DNA of 64,000 bases from the human T2T-CHM13v2.0 reference genome, Homo sapiens. A model generated the notes under the pieces. The model saw nothing but the letters and a program-made list of their open reading frames with translations. It ran no database searches and was not told where the DNA came from. The stretch lies in assembly GCF_009914755.1 (NCBI RefSeq), contig NC_060930.1; one strand, given 5' to 3'. Made by a program: the position numbers and the translations under genes. The number at the start of each line of letters is the position of its first letter. Within the stretch, counting starts at the first letter, position 1. Shown one piece after another: positions 16,721-34,603 of the stretch.

Positions 16721-17467
16721 CAAATAGACTTCATTATGGTGGACTTATTTTTTTTCCCTCATTATACTCCTAAGAAACTTTCTGTAAGTCTATGCTATAA
16801 TATTAAAATAAAGTATACCTTCTTCATAAGATACCAAATTTATTAACCAAGGTGATAAAATTGGTGACAAACTACCAGGCTGCTTTCACCTACCTATGTA
16901 ACAATGTTTTCTCTAGTAAATTAACATTTGAAGATGTTATGAACAGATGACCATGCCATATGAGCAACAAACTATGAAGAATGAACATTTATAAACACTT
17001 TACTTTTGTTATTGAATAAAATTTACAACCAGGTTAATCTGACACTTTTAATGTATGCATAATTGTTATTGTGCTGTGAGGTAATTAGGCATAAATGGTA
17101 AGTAGTTCATGTAAATCACTATAATTAGAATTACTTTTACACAGCCAAATCAAGCATTTCCAGAGTCAGGGAGGGAGAGAATTAAATAGAGTATGGAGCT
17201 ACTCTGAAAATCTCTATTTCCATTAATCAGGGGTCTATAGGCAGCCAGGTTTTTTCATCTCTTGGGAGGAGACATCGTAGCCCAAGAGACCTGAGAATTG
17301 GGAGCCACAGAACTCCTTTCCTTTTTCTCCTGCCCTCTACCAGATAATTTTCAGTTTTTCCCTAATGAGAACTTATTTCCAACTCCCTCTTATATCCTAC
17401 CATCTTTTATTTGGATACCTCCTCCTCACCCTTCCAAGAGCAATGCATGAGGCAGATGGAAAAGAAC

Positions 17468-17602
17468 TACTCAATTCTACCATTGCACTCAGAGCAGCCA
17501 CAGGCAATACATAAATAACTGTATTCCAATAAATCTTTATTTACAAAAACAAGTGTCATGCTGGATTTAGCCCATGGCCATAATTTGCTGGCCTTTGCTC
17601 TA
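17468..17602. mobile_element. MER58-like hAT remnant
   Basis: gcagccacaggcaatacataa...ttccaataaatctttatttacaaaaaca...ggatttagcccatgg. Confidence 0.65.
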
Positions 17603-17754
17603 GATGACTGCTACCTGACTAGATATGAGGGCTGGTAGATCATTAATTGTATTCAAAGTCCTGCTTGAACTTTACCTAGTCTAGCTTTCAAGTTTAATAT
17701 TCCATTACTATATTGTATTCCTGCCCTATTCAACGGGAACTATTCACTATTCCA

Positions 17755-19370
17755 TTAAATAGACAGACAAATAGAACAAAATAGAAAGTTCAGAATATAC
17801 ATGGGAACTTGATATATGATTGAGTTGACATTGTGAATTAGTAGGAAAAGGATTGTCTATTCACTAAATTAGCATGGGATCATTGGTTATCTATGTGAAG
17901 ATTAAAGTAAAATTAGGTACTTACCTCTAGAAATAAATGCCCTAAATTTAAAGTGAAAACTTTAGAACTTCTTGAAGAAAATATAGAGGAGTAACTTTGT
18001 GAACTTGGGAAAAGGAATAATTTCTTTTCTTTTTTTCGAGGTAGAGTTTTGCCGTGTTGCCCAGGCTGGAGTGCAGTCATGGCTCACTGCAGCCTTGACC
18101 TCCCAGGCTCAAGCAATCCTCTCAGCTTAGCCTCCCCAGTAGCAGGGACTACATGTGCATACCACCATGCCTGGCTAATTTTTTGTATTTTGTAGAGATG
18201 TGGTCTCACCATGTTGCCTCGGCTGGTCTTAAACTCCTGGCCTCAAGCAATTCACCTGCCTCAGTCTTCCAAAGTGCTGGGGTTACCGGCTGAGCCATCA
18301 CGCCCAGCCAGAAGAATTTCTTATACAAGATATGAAAGTCCAATATATATGTTCATGTTGTCCTGTAAATTAAAAAGAAAATAAAAAAGTTCAACTTATA
18401 AAGGTAAACACTGATACATTTGACTATGTTAAAATTTAAAACTTCTAGTTAACAAAAGGTACCATAGAAAAAGTGAAAAGGTAGACGACAGACTGGGAGA
18501 AAAGATTTTTCATCAAAAATAATTGACTACTGGCTGGGTGCGGTGGCTCACGCCTGTAATCCCAGCACTTTGGGAGGCCGAGGCGGGCAGATCACCTGAG
18601 GTCAGGAGTTCGAGACCAACCTGGCCAACATGGTGAAACCCCGTCTGTACTAAAAATACAAAAATTAGCCAGGTGTGGTGGCGGGCGCCTGTAATTCCAG
18701 GTACTCAGAAGGCTGAGGCATGAGAATCGCTTGAACTTGGGAGGTGGAGATTGCAGTGAGGTGATATCCGCCACTGCACTCCAGCCTGGGTGACAGAGCG
18801 AGACTCCATCTCAAAAAAAAAAAAATTGATTATGGATCGCTCTCTAGAATACATAAAGAACCCTGACCAGGTGCAATGGCTCACGCCTGTAATCTCAACA
18901 CTATGAGAGGCTGAGGGTTGGGAGGATCGCTTGAGGCCAGGAGTTTGAGACCAGCCTGAGCAACATAGCAAGACCTAATCTCTGCAAATAATAATAATAA
19001 TAAAGAATATATAAATAACATCTACCATATAATAGAAAAACAGACAACCCAGTAGAAAAATAGACAAAGGAGAGTATTTTTTTTCAGAAATAACTAGCAG
19101 ATGCCACAAGACTGGATAAACAAATCAGAATGTATTTATAAAATGGAATGTTGCTTAGCATGGGGATGATAAACTATACATTCAGGTGGCTAATACTGAG
19201 GAGGAAGGGGACAAAGGAGGCTTCAACTATACTTAATGCTTTATTACTTAAATTTGAAATAAATGTCAACATAGAAAGATTTGATAAACCTGGAGGGTGG
19301 GTAACGAGGTGTTCCATATAGTCTTCAATTTTGCCTGTTTGTAATATTCCATTGTGAAAATATTTTACAT
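17755..19370 (+). mobile_element. Old L1ME fragment interrupted by Alus (18025-18309 -, 18532-18825 +, 18865-19000 +)
   Basis: Degenerate L1 ORF2 3' sequence (agacaaatagaacaaaatagaaag; gactgggagaaaagattt). Confidence 0.65.
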
Positions 19371-19399
19371 GTGATTGTGAGATATTTCAACAGGTTAGT

Positions 19400-20693
<1,294 letters not shown>

Positions 20694-23254
20694 CTGGGCC
20701 TGAAGATCCCAGCCCACTGCCTAGCACAAAGTAGGTGCTCAATACTCAATTCATGTTTGTGGAACAAATGAAATGTGAATGAGTAACAAAGCCATCACTA
20801 AAGAGTCATAGAGCCTATCCATGTATCTGTGTGAGAGTGTAGGTGTCTCCATTGTGTGCCTATATCCACGTATGTCTCTGTGAATATGTCCTCTTCTCAT
20901 TCCCTCCTTAACATCAGTTTTTAGCTAACCCTGAAGATGCCTGGAAGGCCAGTTTAATTTCTCAGATTCAGAACAACAACAGCGTTCAGAACAAGGGATA
21001 TTTTCCACCTCTTTCTTTTGATGAAGCGCAGATTGGCTTGAGAGTAATGCTCGTATCTCAATAGTGGACTGAACTAGTAGTGGACTGGAATAGACCAGAC
21101 CTAGCAGAGCTTCACCTAAGCTGGCCAAAAGCAGAGTATCAGGTAGGAGCAAAGTGAACATGGAAGGATTTGCCAGAAAACTAGCCCGCTGTCATTTGTC
21201 TCCCAGTGGTGCACACAGGAACTTATAAATGTTTGTGACTTGAATGCATGAGATGTCAAAAAGTCATTTGCATCTTTAAATTGTGTTATAATCAGAAATT
21301 GAGCCATTTCTTACACTAGTAGTTTTAGAGTTTTAAGCACACCCCCAACTTATTTAGATACTTAAATAGGCTTAATTATGCTAGTAAACTGAGCAAGTTG
21401 GTGTATTATACTTTAGGCTGCCGAGATTCTTTTGCAAATCAGCTAAAGACATTTCAAAAACCATTTTCATTTAAAGAGAATTTATGGGTGCTAATATATA
21501 GTTCAGTTTTTTAGTTTTTAAAGATCTTCTTAGAAACCTGAAATGATCTACTTTTATCAAAAAGTGGTCCATGTTGAGAATGCTATAATGCCAGTTTTTA
21601 AAAGATGTAATTATGCTCAGCATTCCAGCTGGAATCATTGTTTCTGATTCTATCATTTTGGGAGATAATAATGCAATGGTGGGGGGAATGGAGAGAAACA
21701 GGAAAAGTAGTATTCCTGCATTTTAAACAAATTGAAAACAACACTTTTTATTTTAACAGCACCACCCTTATTATCTAATTGTCCTAGTGGAAATGATGCC
21801 AGAGTAGCAGGTGGATAGTGACCCAGAAAGGCAGAGGACGTGCTATTTCAATGTATAACTTTGATGAGAATCACCTTGGATCATTTTTTAATGCTAGAAT
21901 TTTAATATCATAGGGAACAAAGGATAATATTAAAATCATTAAATCAAAATATTTGGAAAGATGGATGACATACATTCTTTTAGTTTGCAGTAAAGGAATA
22001 GTTTTGATAACAGTTTTGAAAGCAAATGTCTACAATACAAATATGCAGATATTTTTGAATAATTTTAGGCTTATTTCAAAAGTAAAAGTAATACAGTAGT
22101 CACCTTACCAAATTTTGTTCTGTTTTTTTCCAACTTTTCATTTTGAAAAATTTCAATGATATACTTAGATCCACTAATGGTTAATATTTTGCCACATTTG
22201 TTTAATTTTCTCTCTAAATATCTTATTTTCTAGAACCATCTACAAGTAAGTTGCATCATAACACTTGACCCCTAAATATATCACATATAACGCCTAACAA
22301 GGACCTTTTCCTGCATAACTATATTATCATCATCACATTCCAGAAATTTAACACTCATTTAGTAATGTTATCTAAAGTAGGGTTGGCAGATTTAGCAAAT
22401 AAAAATACAGGCTGCCCAGATAAATGTGAATTGTATGTATGTATGTAAGAGATGGGGTCTTGCTATAGCCCAGGCTAGTCTCTAACTCCTGGGCTCATGT
22501 GATCCTCCTGCCTCGGCCTCCTGGGTAGCTAGATTACAAGTGCAAGATATGACATTTTTGAAAGGAATGTAGCACGATCTAACCTTGAAGATATGAACTA
22601 CCTCAAGCTAATAGTTTACCTGATATACGAGAGATGTTGCTGTATCTTCCTGAAACATTTAAAATAGCCCTTAGGGCTCCTTTGAGTTTGCTGCAGTGCC
22701 CTGGGTGCCTCAATTTGAGAACTTCAATTCTTTGCAATATGTTGTATTGACTTTTTAGTACATGTGAGCATTGTGTGTTCACTACACATGCAGTATATAT
22801 TATGTTATATGCTCTGTGTGTTTTATTATTTGTGCTTTGTCCCCCCTTCTATTCCGTGAGTTCCTTGGAAACAAGGATTGTTTTCTACACATTATTGTAT
22901 CCTCAGCACATAGCACAGTACATGCCCATAAATGCTGGTTGAATTGTATGAAATTGAATCTAGGTTAATCTCCTAATTTTATTAATGAGACACAAAGGCC
23001 TAAGGTTAGCAGAAATATCTCGTGTTCAGAAATGTTTGTTAGTGATAAAGAGATCTTAGTTCTCAAATACGACCCTGACTTGAGCCTCTGCTTTTCAGTT
23101 AAGTAGAAACCTAAATTGGACATATATCATATATTATGGGTAGTAACAATGAGGTATATTGAAATAAATAATCAAAAAATTCCGAAGCTAAATATTATAA
23201 TGTTCATCTTGGGATTGGTGCTTGGTGGTTACATGAAAGACAGGGCTTTTACTA

Positions 23255-23674
<420 letters not shown>

Positions 23675-24557
23675 TTAGTTTTGCCATCTAATTCATAAGT
23701 CATTTGCTAAGAGTGGGAATATTTATCTCTGAGAAAACTTTTTCCTCCATGATTACAAAATGTGAAATATTTAAGAAAGAGCTCTGTGATCAAATAAGTT
23801 TAGGAAATGCTATGTGAATAACTCTCAGAGAATCACAATGCCGTTAGTATATCAAAGACTCTGAGAAATTCTGCAGTAAACAAACTTTTTTTTGTTGTTT
23901 TTTATTTTTTATTTTTTTGTAGAGATGAGATCTCTCTATGTTGTCCAGGTTGGTCTTGAACTCCTGGGCTCAGGCATTCTTTCTGCCTCAGCTTCCTAAA
24001 GTGTTGGGATTACAGGAGTGAGCTACCATGCCTAGTCAAAGAAACTTTTAAACTTTGGTCCTGTAATTCAGTGTTTCTCCAACTTGAACACGTGGCTTCT
24101 TTTAAAATGAACACCCATAAACATAATGCAGAAATAATGCTTTATGCAATAAACTTTAGAAAACCCTACTTGCTTCATAGGAATTGTTTGATGTGTCTGA
24201 CATGTAGTGAGAACTCAACAAAAGATGCGAGACCCCGTTACCAAGACACACATCCTGGATTCTGGCTTTAAGACATTCAATGCTTATTTATTTATTTATC
24301 TAGACAGAGTAGTCTTGCTGTGTCACCCAGGTTGGAGTGCAGCGGCATGATCTCAGCTCGCCTGTCCCCCTACATCTTTGTTAATACAGTGTCCTCTCAA
24401 ACTTTCAGATTTTTGCCATGATGGTATTTCATTAATATTTTAAATCTTACCTCTTGTATTGTGAATGAGAGTATTCTTTCAACGTTAAAGCAATTTGCAT
24501 TTGTTTTTCTTACTGATTGATTTATAAAAGCTCTTTGTTTATTAAGAAAATAAACTC

Positions 24558-26052
<1,495 letters not shown>

Positions 26053-28425
26053 TTTATAAGCTGTTGATAAGGATTACAAGAGAAGAGGAATTTAATGTGA
26101 TGGGCCCTGGTTCCTGAGAAGGTAGATGGGGTATAAAATCAAACACTGATAGAAGGTTGGAAGAAGGACAGGAAGAGGAATCGTTTTCCTTTGTAACAGG
26201 AGGAATGTCACAGGAGGGAGGAATGGATGGGTGCAGACGTGGGTGGGATTGCAGTTTCACATAGGAAGTTGAAGGACTTTCAACCCAATGCCTTCTGTTC
26301 TCTTTATGAAGAAGTAGGAGACATCTTCTGAAAGTGATGAGTGAAATGTAGTTTTGCTTAATGGGAAGTAAGAAGGTTCCAGAGATTCTTTGCAGAGACA
26401 CAGTGAACTCACCAGGAAAACAGAATTGTTGACAATATGGAGGGCCCAGAGAGAGGGTCCTCTCTGCACGACTGTCAGACTTTTTTCAGCAATCCTCAGC
26501 AATCTGGGTGAAGTTCATGGAAGGGTATATATTTTAGTATGAGATTTTTCTATTTTTAGCTATCTTTTTATCATTTATATATGATTTTATTAAATTATGG
26601 TTAGAGTACATTTGATTCTTTGGAATTTATTGAAGTTTTCTTTCTGGCTTAGCATATGGACTATATTTGAAATTATGCTGCTAGTTCTTGAATGTATTCT
26701 TGGTTTGTTGGGTTTAGAGTTTATATGGATGTAAATTGCTTGAACTTACTAATTGTATTGTTCAGATCTTTGAGAGGGATGTGTCAAAGGGTGTGATGTT
26801 TCTTTTTTCACGAATTACAGGTCTGAGTATAAACAGGTATTGGTAAGCACATTATGTTTGCAGTCTTTGGCGTGATTACACATGCAAAGGTGAGCAGTGA
26901 TGGGGAACTTCCCTGTGCTGGGCCCTGCACCCAACAGATAAGGAGACAGCAGGTTGGAGAGTTGAGAGGGCTTACCCAGGGTCACCTAGCTAATAAATAG
27001 CCAGCCAGGATTTGTACCTAGATCTTTTGGGTTCAACTCTAATACTCTTCTGCCATATCTCTTATGCTTGGTGGAGGTAGGTGGTAGGTTATCACTGTCT
27101 TCCAACATCATCCTTAAGCTTATGAGCTTATGATCTATCTGCACAATCTAAAAGGTGATGTCACTGGATCCTCATCAAAAGCCCATTAGAGAAGGTGTCA
27201 TCATCCTACTTTACAAACTCCCTAAGATACAGGTAACTTGTGACAAATCTTATAACTGGTCACTAGAGAAACTTAGTCATTTCAGATTTTGAAGTCTGAG
27301 TCTAATGTTACGTGTGTGCATTTTGGGAGTCCGGGATGTATCAGAGTCCTGGCAGAAAACAATTCACAGCAGATGTTTCAATAAAGACCAAATTTAGAGA
27401 CTACTTAGAGAGGCATGGGCAGGCTTAAGGCAGCAAACAAGGGATGGAAGGGCAAAGGAGGAGACTGGTGAGAGCTGGAGCTGTGGCCTGAGGGATGGGT
27501 CGCTTGTTGGTCTGGAGGGATGCAGCTCTACTGGGACACAGCTCTGAAGCAGGGAGGGATGGGAGAGAACGACCCATCCCTTTCTATGCCCTCTGTCCTG
27601 TTTCCTGCAAGGAATGCCTCCCACAGGCTGAACCAGCCAGGAGCCAGCCAGAAAGGGCAGTCGCTTGGGGTACAGACAGGACGGAGAAGGCATCAGGGGA
27701 GGGGAGCACATGGAGAATGACCAGCACCAAGAAACAGTGTAAGGGTGGAGTTCACTGTGATTTCTGAGACATAAGGACAAGTTATAGGGAATTAAATTTA
27801 AGGAAGGAAATTTAATAGAAAAATAGCATTAAGTTGTGAGAAAATGTAAATTAGGAGCATGCAAATGATGTGGGTTCCTAAGGGACAGCCATTTTGAAGA
27901 AAACCGTGTAACCCTTCCTCTCCTTGAAATCACTACTATTAATAAAGAATTCAAAAACTTCTTTAGGACCCATTTTATATCCTTCTGATTAGTCTTACTG
28001 TTCTCCATTTGATCCTCTGATTTTTCCCTTAAGACATAGATTTTTAAACCCCTTAAAATAATTTCAATAATTATTAGAAAACTGAAATTTTTATTAGGAG
28101 AAAATTAGCTTGTTTCCCCAAGTAAAAATACGTGGAGTATATAATATTGTTTAGATAGACTATGTCTGTGTCTAATGATTCTCGTTAGGAGGGTATTCAT
28201 TTTGTTGATCAATTTACTTATATTAAAATCCCCGTCTTATACAGTATTCATGTGATATGAGGTATTTGTGATCTTAGACGTTTGAGGATCTTTTCTTTGG
28301 CACAGCAGTATCTCTTTGTCATCTTCTGAATATTACTATAAAATATAATACAACATAACAGATTATATATGTAATATATAATGTAGTATTTGCTAAAGTG
28401 CTCTTTATAAAATATATTGAGTTGA

Positions 28426-28749
<324 letters not shown>

Positions 28750-29400
28750 AACCTTTTTGTTTTTTTTTAGCAGCATTCAGCTCTCTCCATGCAATCTTTC
28801 CCCCCATCTTTCTTCATTCCTTTTCCCTGAACTTCATTTATTCAGCCTATCTTGAGTATATAATGTAGCAGTATTAGAATAGGCCTTAAACTATTCCCAC
28901 AAAATGTATTGTGAAGAATTATGAATTGCTATGACACTCTCAGTTACCTAATACAAAATGCTGCTTTCAAAATATTTCACATACATAGAATATACTTAGA
29001 GATTATTAGGTTTTATGCAAGTTTTCCAATTTGAAGCTGTTCTAAAATTAAGAGCATAATGCTTTTTCTGGCAAGTTGAAAATAGAATAACCATTGCATG
29101 ATAATGGTTCATATAAGAAACAAAAAACCAAGAAAAATTAAGAAGTTTTGGCAGGAGTAGAAAACTGTTTTGAGTGGAGATTTAAGAATAGATGGAGAGT
29201 TAACATGCAGAGAGATACCAGGAAGCCATCCAGATGGCAGAGTCAAAGCAAAGAAGATCCTTTTGTCTGGCCTAGACCATGAGTGAGGTCTAGAAGGCAC
29301 AAGCTACATTTAGTAGAGAAAGAAAGCAAAAAGGAACAGGAAAGCAAGAGAGGTTTCTGAGGCAGGTTGGAATGAACCCATAAATTATAAAACAAAAACA

Positions 29401-30005
29401 GGCCAGGTATGGTGGCTCATGCCTACAATCCCAGCGCTTTGGGAGGCCTAGGCAGCAGTTTAAGACCAGACTGGGCAACATAGTGAGACCCCATCTCTAC
29501 AGGATAGTTTGTTTGTTTGTTTGTTTGTTTTTTGAGATGGAGTCTCGTTCTGTTGCCCAGGCTGGGTGCAGTGGTGTGATCTCGGCTCACTGCAACCTCC
29601 GCCTCCTGGTTCAAGGTGATTCTCCCACCTCAGCCTCCCAAGTAGCTGAGATTATAGGCATGCACCACAGCGCCCAGCTAATTTTTGTATTTTCAGAAGA
29701 GACAGGGTTTGACCATGTTGGCCAGGCTGGTCTTGAACTCCTGACCTCAAGTGATCTGCCTGCCTTGGCCTCCCAAAGTGCTAGGATTACAGGCATGAGC
29801 CATCGCGCCCAGCCTACAGGATAGTTTTTTTTCATAAAAAATTAGCTGGATGTAGTGGTGTCCACCTGCCCCAGCTACTCAGGAGGCTGAGGCAAGAGGA
29901 TTGCTTGAGTCCAGGAGTTCAAGGCTGTAGTATGCTATGATCATGCCACTGCACTCCAGCCTGGATGACAGAGTGAGACCCTGTCTCTAAAATAAATAAA
30001 ATAAG
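29401..30005. mobile_element. AluJ (+) with an AluS (-, ~29508-29814) nested in its A-rich linker
   Basis: TSD tacaggatagttt flanks the inner Alu. Confidence 0.85.
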
Positions 30006-30176
30006 ACAAAGCCAAAAGCCTTATGGATGAGACCCTGAAAGCTAGGTTTTGAGAATGTTCTCTGCCAAATTATTGACCACTCCGGTTGATGCTAAGTGGC
30101 ATAATCTTCACTTTTTTCTGTTTTACCCTCCCTTTCTGAACTCACTCCACCCTGTCATACCTTGTTTTTTGCACAG

Positions 30177-30263
30177 GTGTTAGGAACTGCTGCAGAGTAT
30201 GAAGGTTACTCGTCTAAGTGTAACAAAATTCAAGATGGTTATTTGGGTTGATAATAGCATTAG
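30177..30263 (+). other. Candidate cassette (poison) exon of AFG1L, 87 nt
   Basis: Long pyrimidine tract and ttttttgcacag acceptor; tag|gtaaga donor. In frame with the upstream exon it reads VLGTAAEYEGYSSKCNKIQDGYLG then TGA TAA TAG. Confidence 0.55.
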
Positions 30264-30754
30264 GTAAGATAAGTTCTATTTTGCTTCATCTCCAGAGCCC
30301 TTCAGTTTCCAGTTTTGCTCTGGACCTGACTGCTTTCCTGACCTGCAGTGCCACTGTGGTCCTGGAAGCAGGCCTCCCTCTGACAAGCTTTTTTCCCTCT
30401 CAGGGGCCCTCTACATTTCCCAGAGCCTATGTTTTCTTCTTGCTGAGTAGGAAGTTTTGTTCATACCCTGAATTTATGAAAGGACAATTTTCCATTTTCA
30501 CACTTGATGAATAGATTGGATGGATTGGTAGGAAATCATTTTTCCTCAATTGAAACAATTTCTTTTTTGTAAAAATGGTGTCTTGCATTGTTGCCCAGGC
30601 TAGTCTCAAACTCCGGGGCTCAAGCAATCCTAATGCCTCAGCCTCCCAAACATCATTTATTGAAGAGACAATTTCTTTCTCCCACTATGCTTTATATAGT
30701 TTTAGTAGCTTCTCTTATTTTTCTTCAGTATATTATTATATTGACTTCACTTTT

Positions 30755-31038
<284 letters not shown>

Positions 31039-31549
31039 CACTTTTATTTTTGAGATTTTTTTTTTTTGATGTCTGAATAGTCCTCTGTTTCCTCTGAGTT
31101 TATTCCCCTCTGCATATTTGTTCTGGTCTCTGACTTTTATGTTGGAAGTTTTTTCCAAATATCCATTGACCATTGGTACTAACAAGCTGATTGAAACTCC
31201 AGCTTGAGAGGTTTGGTGACTGGTGTGCTTTACCAGAAGGTAATCTGGTAGGGATCTAGGTCTTTCTTTGGGAGAAGCTTAACCAGTGTAAGTGCCTTCT
31301 GGCCTTTTTATCTGGAGATCATTCAGTTTCTCCAGAAAAATTCTTCTACTCTATTAATTGCTGAGAATGAACCTAGCTGTCATTGTTTGGGGAGCCCATC
31401 TGGGAAAGAAGAAGGGAAAGACTACATGGCTGGTAAATGGTAGAGGGGATGTACATTCAAGTTGTGTGACTGTGAACCCCTCGCTGTGGGCTACTATGGT
31501 TATTGCCTCCTGTGTTGAATCCTAAGAGGGGCTTCACAGCATTTTTTCC

Positions 31550-32240
31550 AATTTCCTTTTGTGGTAAATACACACATAAGATTTACCATCTTAATCATTT
31601 TTTAAGAGTACAGTTCAGTGGTATTAAATACATTCTTAATGTCATGCAGCCATCACTACCATTTATCTCCAGAACTACTTTCATCTTGTAAAACTGAAAC
31701 TCTGAACCCATTAAACAATAATTCCCCATTCCTTCCTCCCTCCAGCCCCTGGCAACCCCTTTTTCTACTTTTTTTTTTTTAAATTGAGATGGGGTCTTGC
31801 TCTGTTGTCTAGGCTGCAGTACAGTGGTGTGAACATGGCTCACTGTAGCCTTGACCTCCTGAGTTCAAACAATCCTTCAACTTCAGCCCCCTGAGTAACT
31901 GGGACCACAGGCGCATGCCACCATGCCTGGCTAATTCTTTTTAACTATTTGCAGAGATGAGGTCTCCCTATATTGCCCAGGCTGGTCTTGAACTCTTGGG
32001 CTCAAGTGATCCTCCCACCTCAGCCTCCCAAAGTGCTCAGATTATAGGTGTGAGCCACAGCACCTGACTTCTACTTTCTGTCTCTTTAATTGTTCGCTGT
32101 TCTAAGTACCTCATGTAAGTGGAATGGAGAATATTTGTCTTTTTGTGACTGGTTTATGTCACCTAGCATAATGTCCCCAATGTTCATTCATGTATACGTT
32201 AGAGTTTTTTCCCTTTTTAAGGCTGCATAATATTTCAGCT
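31550..32240 (-). mobile_element. L1MB 3' end interrupted by AluJ (31770-32067)
   Basis: gtacagttcagtggtattaaatacattc...aaactgaaactctgaacccattaaacaataattcccc. Confidence 0.75.
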
Positions 32241-32389
32241 TTAAACACTTTTATATCAAGTTTTTTTCTTACTTATTGTATATAATAGCCCCTCTTGGTT
32301 CTGTATATAGGACAGTTAGGAAGACTATGTATATGATTATATTTAATTATTTGCATGGTAGAGATTTATAATTTGTTCTTAATTTGCAG

Positions 32390-32441
32390 CTTTTTTCAAG
32401 GAGCAAACCTCCAAGGGGCCTGTATGTTTATGGAGATGTTG
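32390..32441 (+). CDS. AFG1L: AFG1L exon (probably exon 3), 52 nt, phase 0 to 1; first half of Walker A
   Basis: Acceptor aatttgcag, donor g|gtaagt. Encodes LFSRSKPPRGLYVYGDV(G), the AFG1/ZapE GLYxxGxVG motif. Confidence 0.96.
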
Positions 32442-33453
32442 GTAAGTGTGTTAAAATAAGTTTTGGGTGGGCAAAACAGAAAGTTTCTCAGCTTTCTCTC
32501 AGGGATGATTTCTATTTCTATCCCTCAATCTGTTACCAGCAAGGGAATAGGATGAGGCAGGGTAAGGTAGGGAGAGAAGAAAAGGGAGAGAGGGCAGTTA
32601 TCTCAGCTTTTACTTTACTTCTCACAGGATACAGCTGTAGTCTAGGGCAGAATTAGTCACCATGTTAGGGTGCAAACATTATTTAATGTATAAAGTAATT
32701 AATATCAGGGAAGGAAATCAACTACAGATAGGTTATTAGACAAATCAGGATTCCATGACTCATTAACTCAGCTTAATACTTTTTAAAAAAATAAGCTGTT
32801 CTTTTTTACTTTTAATTTCCATTAATATTTCTAGTCATAACCTAAGCCCTTGGATGAATAATTTAGTCGTTATTATCTTTAATGTAGTTGACAGTAGATA
32901 CTCTTAATGCATAAGTGGTAACATTTCCTTGGTCTCCCAGTTCTAGACATTGGGCAGAAAGACTCACATATTGCTGGAAACTTTCTGAGTGGTCACTTCT
33001 TTCTAGGTTTTCCTAATCATGTAGTGTCTTGCTTATGAAGTCTTCCCTGACCTCATTCTTACTGAAATATTCTGTTTTGTGGTTTCTATTTTCTTCAAAC
33101 AAATCCTTTTCTCTTAGTCTTAAACCTCTCCTTGGCCACCCTCAGCCACTGATATCATGAAGGAGTTTCTACTTGGCTTTTTTGCCTCCTTGCTTTCAAT
33201 TATTTCTTTGATGTCTTTTTTAATTTTTTAATTTTAATTTTTTCTAATCCCTCAGTTTACTGTCAATCAATTATTTCTTCTACTGGCATACTCAAAACTC
33301 ACATTCACATGTAACGAGGTCAGTTTTGGACCTAGACTAATATTCACACTCTAGGCTCCCCTATAGCCACAACACATTTGCGTTATGAGGGAGTGATGGC
33401 AGGGGATATTATCTTAGTAACATTTTTAGGAAAAGAAAAAAAAAGGGCATTGA

Positions 33454-33779
<326 letters not shown>

Positions 33780-34603
33780 AAATAAGTAGTTTTAATGCCT
33801 TAAAGATTAAACTGTTCCTTTCTAAACTGTTCCTTCTTTTTCTAATTTGTTTACTGCTACCTTGCATTGAATGTCCGTTTTGTATTTCCAGATTTAGCTA
33901 ATCTAATAAGAGAGAATAATTTAGTTCACAAAAGTGAACATTAGAGATTGCCCCTTAAAATTCTTCAGGTTCTTGAAATTACAGAAAAGAAGGTCAAACT
34001 ATTCTTTTTCTTAGTTCATTGGCTAATTGGTACTTTTGAGACCAATGTATACTTACTTCTTATTTTGAAAGCAGTTATAACAGACACTTGATCAATTTTA
34101 TGTTCCTGCACCTTTGGGCACCATTAATGATTCTCATCTTGTTGTCAGGTCTCATTCTTTGCCTCCTGAGAACATCTACTTCCAGTACCTTCACTTTCAT
34201 ATTAAGTCATCGCTAAAATCAACAACTTTGTTCCTCCTGTTACCTTAACCACCTGACCATAAATGGAGATGGTTAAAGAAGCATAACTGCTTCCACTTCT
34301 GTAAAAGCACTTTTTTTTTAAAAACCCTATGAATGTTGTTGGATTTTAGTTTAGAAAATACAGCCATATGGTAACTAATTGAAGGGAAGCATATTACAAG
34401 TTATTCATCTGAGTGTTTGAAAGCAATAGAAAAGATGTGATAGTATGGGATGTTCATATAGTTTGGGTAGGTGGCAACCTTTGTTTGGAAACATCCTTAT
34501 AATATAGAGAGGGGAAGAGAAAGGAATTCTGAAATGGGAAGTGAGACGAACATTTTGGTGGCTATAATAAGTTTAGTTCAGACCACTTATAAAATATGTA
34601 ATC

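Noticed and set aside
32442-32656. Extension of ORF 32384-32656 past the exon
   Set aside because: AFG1 homology stops at the consensus donor g|gtaagt; the rest is intron.
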